32,000 bases of DNA from Candidatus Saccharimonadota bacterium (GTDB taxonomy: Bacteria; Patescibacteriota; Saccharimonadia; Saccharimonadales; UBA4665): NCBI GenBank assembly GCA_016700375.1, contig CP065016.1, forward strand, positions 240,001 through 272,000, in the 5' to 3' direction. The translations under genes and the position numbers were made by a program. Positions 25,519-32,000 of the stretch are shown here, in pieces. Below the pieces are notes generated by a model that worked only from the letters and a program-made list of their open reading frames with translations, did not search any database and had not been told where the DNA came from. Numbering within the stretch: the first letter of the stretch is position 1; each line of letters begins with the position of its first letter.

Positions 25519-25795
25519 TTGTAGAACCTCATCTTTCTCGTATTATGGTAATCCTCGGCAGGACCTCATGGATAAAGCTCTGGCGAGCCTCGGTGATGAG
25601 CCGGATGTTTACATTATAGCGCTATGACGTCATGAAGTCAACATAGTCGAATGCATTGTTGTGGTCGAATTTACGAGAACCACTATGAACAACGGGAAAG
25701 TACAGCTAAGTTCACTGGGTTGGATAAGAAATACCCGCCGATACTATCTATGAGCACCAGTATCATCCTCCGGGTTTGATCCGAGACTCAGGCAA

Positions 25796-27460
25796 CTAGA
25801 AATGTTCACGGATGTGGCCGTAGGAGTAGTCCCACGTGGCATCGGTTTTTTTGTGGGGGTTGAAGATGTTTTCTGGGTCAAATATGTGCTTCACCTGCTT
25901 AAAAAGTGCCAGCACCGGCTTACCAAACTGGGCTTCTAGCCACGGGCCACGCACAAGACCATCGTTGTGTTCGCCACTCAGACTACCGCCGTATTTGAGT
26001 ACCAGGTTGTTGACTTCGCGCTGTGACGGCTCGATTTTTTTGCGCTCTCGGTCATCCTCTATCTTCATAAGTGGTATAACATGGAAGTTTCCGTCACCCA
26101 TGTGACCGGCTATGGTCGCGAACAATTTATATTTTTTTATGATTTTTTGCAGCGCCGGCAGGAATTCTACAAGGTGCTTTGGCGGCACAACAAAGTCGTC
26201 TATGTACGGCGCCGTGTGTTTGTCTTTTACTTTGCTGCGTAGTATCTGGAAGCTGTAGCGGCGCATAACCCAAAACTTTTCGCTTTTGCCTTCAGTAGGC
26301 GTTTCTTCGAAGCCATTTATTTCGTAGCGGGCACGGAACTTACCGAGGTCTCGGTGCAGGGCGCTCACCTTGGCGCGAACTTCTTCTTCTGTTTCGCCGT
26401 TGAACTCCACCATAAGAATGAGCTTCGGCACACCTCGAAGCAACTGTAAGCCGTCTGGTATGAGGCTCCACAGCAAATGCACAAACTTTTTGAAGCCAAG
26501 TCGTTTGTAAAACGCCGGCATGAACCGTAGTGAGAGCAGTAAGGTCTGGTCGTCAAAACTTTCGAACGTCGCCGGTTTGTGCTCAAGTACCTTCGGCACA
26601 ATGTCTCCAAGGTGCTTAATGTTCTTAAGGAATAGCACAAGCAAACCTGAGTGTGGTCTGGCTGGTACAAGCCGGAATGTTGTTTCGGTTACAAGCCCCA
26701 GCGTACCCTCAGAACCCACAATCAGCTGGCCGAGGTCGAAAATACCGGTTTCTCTGTCCCACACGCGCCACAGCGAGTAGCCCATACTGTTTTTGGTCAC
26801 ATTGGGCTTGGCTTCTTTAATCATGTCGTAGTGTTCTTCGCACATGTTGTATACACGTTGGTACAGCTTGCCCTCGAAGTCGCCCTGGTTTATCTTTGCC
26901 TGGAGCTGCTTTTTGTTGAGCGGTTTTACAGTGTACTCCTTGCCGTCGGCAAAGACTACTTTTAGTTCTGTCACAAAATCTTCGACTTTACCGTACTCGA
27001 GCGATTTCTCACCACCCGAATTATTGGCCGTTATGCCACCTATCTGACACATATCTCGGCTCGCAGGGTAAGACGGCATGAGTACATGTTTTTTTAGGGT
27101 TTCTCGTTCAAAATCACGATAGAACACACCCGGTTGCGCCGTACCGCTCAAGCCAGTTATGGGGCCAATGTGTGTAAAATGTTTTGCAAAATCAACAATA
27201 ATAGACTCGTTTATGGCTCCGCCGGCCATATCGGTGCCGGCAGCACGACCGGTGAGGGAAAGCTCTGGGTGTTTCTTTTTGTTTGCCGCCACAAACCGCA
27301 CAAGCCGTTGCACATCGGCAGCATCTTTTGGTTGCGCTACCAGCTGCGGCCTTAGTTCAAACATGCTGGCATCGTGACTATAGAATTCTTTCGCTTCTGG
27401 CGAGTCATCAAGCTCACCGAGAAAGCCGTGTTTTTGGAGGGCTGTTTTTAAATCTTTCAT
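25796..27460 (-). CDS. FAD-binding oxidoreductase (GlcD / D-lactate dehydrogenase-like, PCMH-type FAD domain)
   Basis: 554 aa. The N-terminal FAD-binding region (LTGRAAGTDMAGGAI...) and the C-terminal GGSLSGEHNDGLVR motif are typical of FAD-linked oxidases. Confidence 0.8.
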   Translation of the reverse strand: MKDLKTALQKHGFLGELDDSPEAKEFYSHDASMFELRPQLVAQPKDAADVQRLVRFVAANKKKHPELSLTGRAAGTDMAGGAINESIIVDFAKHFTHIGPITGLSGTAQPGVFYRDFERETLKKHVLMPSYPASRDMCQIGGITANNSGGEKSLEYGKVEDFVTELKVVFADGKEYTVKPLNKKQLQAKINQGDFEGKLYQRVYNMCEEHYDMIKEAKPNVTKNSMGYSLWRVWDRETGIFDLGQLIVGSEGTLGLVTETTFRLVPARPHSGLLVLFLKNIKHLGDIVPKVLEHKPATFESFDDQTLLLSLRFMPAFYKRLGFKKFVHLLWSLIPDGLQLLRGVPKLILMVEFNGETEEEVRAKVSALHRDLGKFRARYEINGFEETPTEGKSEKFWVMRRYSFQILRSKVKDKHTAPYIDDFVVPPKHLVEFLPALQKIIKKYKLFATIAGHMGDGNFHVIPLMKIEDDRERKKIEPSQREVNNLVLKYGGSLSGEHNDGLVRGPWLEAQFGKPVLALFKQVKHIFDPENIFNPHKKTDATWDYSYGHIREHF

Positions 27461-27520
27461 ACTTCTTATGTTTTATGATACCTTGCACGGCAGTCAATGT
27501 CGAGACTACTTAACTCTACA

Positions 27521-27553
27521 AAAAGAGTCCGCATAAGCAGACTCTTTTCTTTC
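27521..27553 (-). terminator. rho-independent terminator after the DUF4234 gene
   Basis: AAAAGAGTC-(10 nt)-GACTCTTTT is a perfect 9-bp stem. On the minus strand it is followed by T-rich TTTTGT. It lies 14 nt downstream of the stop at 27567. Confidence 0.55.
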
Positions 27554-27566
27554 GCGGAGGCACGTG

Positions 27567-28004
27567 CTACACAACAGGAGTTGGGGGCTGTGGCGGAACC
27601 GGAGTATCTGTCGGAGCTTGTGGGGAGGCGGGTGCTTGATATGATTGCATTTGCGGGGAAACCGGTGCATCAGCTGACGGCATTTGTGGGCCAACCGCTA
27701 CGGAAGCAGCACCAACCTTGTTAAATGCGTCTTGCACAATAAGCATGCCGATAAACCCTAGCAAAAACAGTACCAAAAATGATATTACGGTGGAGAGCTT
27801 GCCACCAGTGACGTGCTCGACACCCTCACAATATTTCCACATCCACCATATGTTAACGATAGGAACAAGTATGAGCCACGCCGTTGGAATAGTGGCTCCC
27901 CGTGCGTTCATTTCACCCTTTGTTTTCACTTCCCAGTAGATGCCGTACAAACCAAATGTTACAAGTGTGAGCAAGAACACCTTGCCTAAGCTACGATTCT
28001 CCAT
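27567..28004 (-). CDS. DUF4234 membrane protein with Pro-rich C-terminal tail
   Basis: 145 aa. The N-terminal LTLVTFGLYGIYWEVKTKGEMN signature is present, with 3-4 TM segments and a C-terminal PQ/PA/PT-rich tail of about 40 aa. GGGAG Shine-Dalgarno and a minus-strand TATAAT (28039-28044) lie upstream. Confidence 0.75.
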   Translation of the reverse strand: MENRSLGKVFLLTLVTFGLYGIYWEVKTKGEMNARGATIPTAWLILVPIVNIWWMWKYCEGVEHVTGGKLSTVISFLVLFLLGFIGMLIVQDAFNKVGAASVAVGPQMPSADAPVSPQMQSYQAPASPQAPTDTPVPPQPPTPVV

Positions 28005-28083
28005 TGTTATTCTCCCTTATGTTTTACTGTACTTTTGGATTATAGCCCAAAACACGGGAAGTGCAATGGCTTAGCGAGCCCTA

Positions 28084-28566
28084 CTACGTTCCCGCGTTTA
28101 GTACTGGCCCGGACTGGGCTTTTGTGGCAATTTTATTGAATGTATCTTGCACGATGAGTATATCGATACCGTCAGGCACAGCCAGTAAAATAAGGAGTGC
28201 TATAGCAAAACTCATTTTTTCACCCGATACCACCTCGACCCCTTTACTGTACCTCCAAAGCCAAATCGCCACTAGAAATGGGGCAACCAACAAAGTCAAA
28301 TAGAAGAAAGCCATAGAAAAAATTTGGTTCGTTGTTAGGCTTTTGGCAGTTTCGTCCGAGCTAGAAAAATCTCCGCTGAAGATAAAAAACCCAATGGCGA
28401 GAATAACCAATAGCAGAGGCGCTACAAGCCATAGAACTGACGGAATTTTTATATCTTTATTGAGCTGCATCATCTCGCTGCGGGTTTTGACAAACCAATA
28501 CAGCCGGTATATGCCGAGAGTCACTATGGTTAGTAAGAACATTTTGCCGATTGAACGTTGTTTCAT
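28084..28566 (-). CDS. DUF4234 membrane protein (paralogue)
   Basis: 160 aa. LLTIVTLGIYRLYWFVKTRSEM and ...WRYSKGVEVVSGEKMSF parallel WKYCEGVEHVTGGKLST in the neighbouring gene. Confidence 0.75.
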   Translation of the reverse strand: MKQRSIGKMFLLTIVTLGIYRLYWFVKTRSEMMQLNKDIKIPSVLWLVAPLLLVILAIGFFIFSGDFSSSDETAKSLTTNQIFSMAFFYLTLLVAPFLVAIWLWRYSKGVEVVSGEKMSFAIALLILLAVPDGIDILIVQDTFNKIATKAQSGPVLNAGT

Positions 28567-28643
28567 ACCAGCCAGTATACGCCCCGCTCCGCGGCAGTGC
28601 TAGAAAAATCTCATGCGAGTGCGTTTGATATGGCGTATGAAGA

Positions 28644-28673
28644 TTGCAGAATGCTTGTGGTTATTGCTACAAT
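28644..28673 (+). promoter_or_regulatory. candidate promoter for the NDH-2 gene (TTGCAG-18-TACAAT)
   Basis: The -10 hexamer ends 9 nt before the ATG at 28683, with no Shine-Dalgarno in between. Confidence 0.35.
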
Positions 28674-28682
28674 GAAGTGAAG

Positions 28683-29894
28683 ATGACAGATAAAAAACAT
28701 GGTTCCAAGGTGAAAGTGCTGGTTGTGGGGGGCGGCTTTGGCGGGGTGCGCGCAGCAATTGAGCTTTCTAGGCAGTCACATTTGGAAGTGACGCTTGTGT
28801 CAGAAAGGCCAGATTTTTTCTACTATCCCACTATGTACGAAACTGCCACGGGCGGCAGTAGCGAACAGTCCACTGTGCCACTCGAACAAATTTTTGGCGA
28901 TGACCCGGTTCGCGTACTCATTGGCAGGGCCGAAAAGCTACATAAGGCCAAAAAAGAGCTAAAGCTGAAAAATGTTGCCGAGCCGCTGTACTATGACAAG
29001 CTTGTGCTTGCGCTCGGCGTCGTCACGAACTACTTTGGCATCCCTGGACTTGCAGAGAACACCTACGGTATAAAAAGTATTGAGGATGCAGAACGGTTCA
29101 AGCGGCACCTTCACGCACAGTTGATTGCTGAAGACGAACCAGACCTCAACTACGTCATTGTTGGCGGAGGCCCCACCGGTATAGAGCTCGCGGGTGCGCT
29201 CGGTCCATACCTGCGCGATATTATGCAAAAGCATGGGATCCGCGGCAGGGCAGTGCACATTGACATCATTGAAGCCATGCCCCACCTTATGCCGCGTCTG
29301 CCAAAACCGGTAGGCCGAACCATTGAGCGCCGACTGCGCAAACTAGGGGTTAGGTTATACCTTAACAGCAAGGTTGAGGGGGCTAACAGCGAAGAGCTCA
29401 CTGTCTCAGGGAAGCCAATTCGTAGTCATACCATTGTATGGACAGCCGGAATTGCCAATAACCCGTTTTTTACTGATGCTGATTTTGTGTTGAGTGGCCG
29501 CAAAAAGGTGCTCGTCGACGAATTTTTGCGTGCCGAAGGCGACAAGGACATTTTTGTCATAGGAGACAATGCCGAGACACCATACAGTGGCATGGCTCAA
29601 ACGGCTCTTTACGACGCTGAATTTATTGCTCATAACTTTACCTGTGAACACGACGGGCGACCAAAACTCGCGTATCGCCCGAAAGAACCAGCGTACGTCA
29701 CGCCCGTTGGGCAAAACTGGGCTTCTATGCTCTGGAAAGACGTTCACCTGCACGGACGCGTGGCATCAATGCTTCGAAATGCCGCTGACCTCCGCGCCTT
29801 TACCGAAATCCTTTCCGTTCGTGATGCAGCGGTACAGTGGACAAGCACGCTCGACCGCGAAGACCTTTGTCCAGTTTGCAGCTCCGTCGGCTAA
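28683..29894 (+). CDS. ndh: type II NADH:quinone oxidoreductase (NDH-2)
   Basis: 403 aa from the ATG at 28683. Two dinucleotide-binding motifs are present (VLVVGGGFGG and VIVGGGPTGIELAG), as is the late GDNA motif (VIGDNAE). Confidence 0.8.
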   Translation: MTDKKHGSKVKVLVVGGGFGGVRAAIELSRQSHLEVTLVSERPDFFYYPTMYETATGGSSEQSTVPLEQIFGDDPVRVLIGRAEKLHKAKKELKLKNVAEPLYYDKLVLALGVVTNYFGIPGLAENTYGIKSIEDAERFKRHLHAQLIAEDEPDLNYVIVGGGPTGIELAGALGPYLRDIMQKHGIRGRAVHIDIIEAMPHLMPRLPKPVGRTIERRLRKLGVRLYLNSKVEGANSEELTVSGKPIRSHTIVWTAGIANNPFFTDADFVLSGRKKVLVDEFLRAEGDKDIFVIGDNAETPYSGMAQTALYDAEFIAHNFTCEHDGRPKLAYRPKEPAYVTPVGQNWASMLWKDVHLHGRVASMLRNAADLRAFTEILSVRDAAVQWTSTLDREDLCPVCSSVG

Positions 29895-29904
29895 TGGATT
29901 AGAG

Positions 29905-30423
29905 TTACTTGGCGAGTGATTTCAACAAAATAATGACACTAACCACGATGCAGTGAGCGACACCCACTAGCACCGCTGTTTTGAGGGAATTTTCCTTTGT
30001 TTTAGCAGATTTTGCGAGGGTCACCAGCAAGGACACTACAGATAAAGCAATGTCGGCCAACAGGGCAGTAGATAAATCAATAAAGCCAAGTCCTGCAAGC
30101 ATCAACATCAGAAGAGAAGGCAGCCCAGCAAGTACTAATCCCCTATGTACGACTAGCTCATGACCCCACCTATAGCCTGACAGGGCTGAATCATGGGCAA
30201 CCCGATGGGCGGTATACGAAGCTAGCATACTGGCACTCCATAATCCAAACGTCGTAAAGACGATGGTTATAGACGCATAAGCTATTGTTAGCTTTTCCGC
30301 AGACATCAGTAAGCCGACATTTACGGCCATTAGCGTGAGGACACCGTATATGCGCTCTTTTAGATAGTCTACATACACCTGTTGGTTCGTCAGTGCTTCT
30401 TTGGGCATGAATAATGAAATCAC
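29905..30423 (-). CDS. hypothetical membrane protein
   Basis: 172 aa with about 5 hydrophobic segments. Convergent with ndh, with a 10-nt gap. No family recognised. Confidence 0.55.
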   Translation of the reverse strand: MISLFMPKEALTNQQVYVDYLKERIYGVLTLMAVNVGLLMSAEKLTIAYASITIVFTTFGLWSASMLASYTAHRVAHDSALSGYRWGHELVVHRGLVLAGLPSLLMLMLAGLGFIDLSTALLADIALSVVSLLVTLAKSAKTKENSLKTAVLVGVAHCIVVSVIILLKSLAK

Positions 30424-30474
30424 GCGCGTAGTATACCATGGCAGCCAAGCAACAAAACTGTCATACTAGGTACC

Positions 30475-32000
30475 GTGAACCAGTTTGCTAATCAATATAG
30501 CCAGCTCAATGCAGCGCAGCGCGAAGCAGTAGATACCGTGTATGGCCCCGTGCTCGTTATTGCAGGACCCGGGACAGGGAAAACCCAGCTGCTTAGCGCG
30601 CGCGTGGCGCACATTCTTGAGGTAACCGACGCTCTCCCGCAAAATATTCTGTGTCTCACGTTTACCGAAAGTGGAGCAAAAAATATGCGCGAGCGACTCG
30701 TTTCATTCATTGGGCAGGCGGCATACGACGTACAAATCGGTACCTACCACGCCTTTGGTAGCACTATCATAGGGCGCTTTCCGGAATACTTTACCGAGCT
30801 GCGACTGGAACGTCCGGTGGATGAGCTCGGTAAACGGCAAATTCTTATGGATATCATAGAAAACACAGACTACCGCAGCCCTATAAAACAAACTCGTCAC
30901 CACCTGGGCGACCTAGTCAGTACCATCAGCGAGGTAAAGCGCGGCCTGCTTTCGCCGAAAGATTTGCGCAGTGTCGCCACAGATAACATCGGCGCTATCA
31001 AACAAACAAAACAGGATATTGCAGCGCTCCTTGCACCATTTTCGTCGCGTATGCCAAGCAAATTAGCCGTTGCCGAACCGCTCTTTCGGTCTGTACTAGA
31101 GATTCTGCATACAAACGCCCGTCAGCCCGCACACGCCGTACAACCCCTGCTAAACCTTGCTGTTCAAGATTTAGATGCAGCACTCGGGGCTGCCCTCGAT
31201 GCCGCAAGCACCAAACCGCTCACGGCGTGGAAAAACAAATGGTTGGTAAAAGACGCCGAAAATAACTTTATGCTAGCTGGGCTGCTTGAGGCGAGACGAA
31301 TAGAGGCATTGGCAGATGTTCTGGAACAGTATCAAGCCAAGTTAGCCGAAAAAGGTCTGTACGATTTTGACGACATGATACTGCGCGCTATTGATGTACT
31401 AGCAGAGAACAATGAACTTCGGTTCACGCTGCATGAACAGTACCAGTTTTTGCTGCTCGACGAATTTCAAGATACAAACGCCGCACAGCTCAAGCTGGTT
31501 GAACTACTCACAAACAACCCGAGCCAAGAACGCAAACCAAATGTGCTTGCAGTAGGCGACGACGACCAAGCCATTTACGCATTTCAGGGCGCCGAGGCCA
31601 GCAATATGCTGGACTTCTACCACATGTACAATGACGTCCGGGTGATATCTCTCTCTGATAATTACCGATCCCAGACGGAAATTCTGGAAACGGCCGCTCG
31701 AGTTGCCGGGCAAATTGAATCCCGCCTGCATAGTCAGTTTCAGGGCGTCACAAAAACGCTGCGTAGCCAGAATATGAATGTACCATCGCCAATGATTACG
31801 AGGCGTAGCTTCCGAAGTGCCGTTGCCGAGCGCACCGCCGTTGCAGAGCAGATTGCGGGTCTTATAGCTTCAGGAACGCCCGCGGCACATATTGTCGTAC
31901 TGGCACCCAAGCATAAATACCTGGAACCACTCGTCCCGTATTTGCAAAACCGCGACCTCGCGGTGTCATACGAAAAGCGTGAAAATGTGTTGCAGGCGCC
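30475..32000 (+). CDS. UvrD/PcrA/Rep-family ATP-dependent DNA helicase (3' part lies outside the window)
   Basis: Hand translation from GTG 30475 stays open to the window end. Motifs seen: LNAAQREAV, AGPGTGKTQ (Walker A), LCLTFTESGAKNM, LLLDEFQDTN, VGDDDQAIYAFQGA and DNYRS. It is not in the ORF track because it has no stop. An in-frame TGA at 30415-30417 limits the 5' end. Confidence 0.88.
   Translation, partial: MNQFANQYSQLNAAQREAVDTVYGPVLVIAGPGTGKTQLLSARVAHILEVTDALPQNILCLTFTESGAKNMRERLVSFIGQAAYDVQIGTYHAFGSTIIGRFPEYFTELRLERPVDELGKRQILMDIIENTDYRSPIKQTRHHLGDLVSTISEVKRGLLSPKDLRSVATDNIGAIKQTKQDIAALLAPFSSRMPSKLAVAEPLFRSVLEILHTNARQPAHAVQPLLNLAVQDLDAALGAALDAASTKPLTAWKNKWLVKDAENNFMLAGLLEARRIEALADVLEQYQAKLAEKGLYDFDDMILRAIDVLAENNELRFTLHEQYQFLLLDEFQDTNAAQLKLVELLTNNPSQERKPNVLAVGDDDQAIYAFQGAEASNMLDFYHMYNDVRVISLSDNYRSQTEILETAARVAGQIESRLHSQFQGVTKTLRSQNMNVPSPMITRRSFRSAVAERTAVAEQIAGLIASGTPAAHIVVLAPKHKYLEPLVPYLQNRDLAVSYEKRENVLQA

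Noticed and set aside
25755-25795. T-arm-like sequence CCGGGTTTGATCCGAGA as a second tRNA-Gln att remnant at the island's far end
   Set aside because: Only a 3-bp stem can be drawn. It has no similarity to the GGGGGTTCGAATCCCTC arm or the acceptor end of the tRNA-Gln here.

Overview
The window reads as one contiguous chromosomal segment from a small-genome bacterium. From gene content I infer a Patescibacteria/Saccharibacteria-like organism, but I could not run any search. Coding density is high. 1-10 kb holds housekeeping genes: an EamA transporter, dnaX, dnaB, a polytopic GT-C-like membrane protein, ybaB, a four-helix-bundle (23S-IVS-type) gene, recR, DUF1653, a DHH phosphoesterase and cysS. 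10-16.7 kb is a minus/plus envelope cluster: an AI-2E permease, two overlapping GT4 glycosyltransferases, an alpha/beta hydrolase, a VanY-type M15 peptidase and CapA. 16.7-25.8 kb is the accessory-looking part. It begins with a tRNA-Gln(UUG) preceded by a 51-nt duplicate of its own 5' half. Next come an intact IS4-family element with 18-bp inverted repeats and a 9-bp target duplication, an archaemetzincin-like HEXXH protein and a GC-rich UPF0104 membrane protein. A complete cyoABCDE quinol-oxidase operon follows, with a palindromic element sitting in frame in cyoC and a structured cyoA-cyoB spacer. A relBE-type toxin-antitoxin pair closes this part. 25.8-32 kb holds an FAD-linked dehydrogenase, two tandem DUF4234 genes, an NDH-2, a small membrane protein and the 5' part of a UvrD-like helicase. 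No rRNA, CRISPR array or recognisable defence system was seen. The most interesting signals are the tRNA-Gln/IS/cyo/TA island-like block, the short-word inverted and tandem repeats at three intergenic sites, and a compact NDH-2 / dehydrogenase / bo3-type oxidase set in an otherwise reduced-looking genome.
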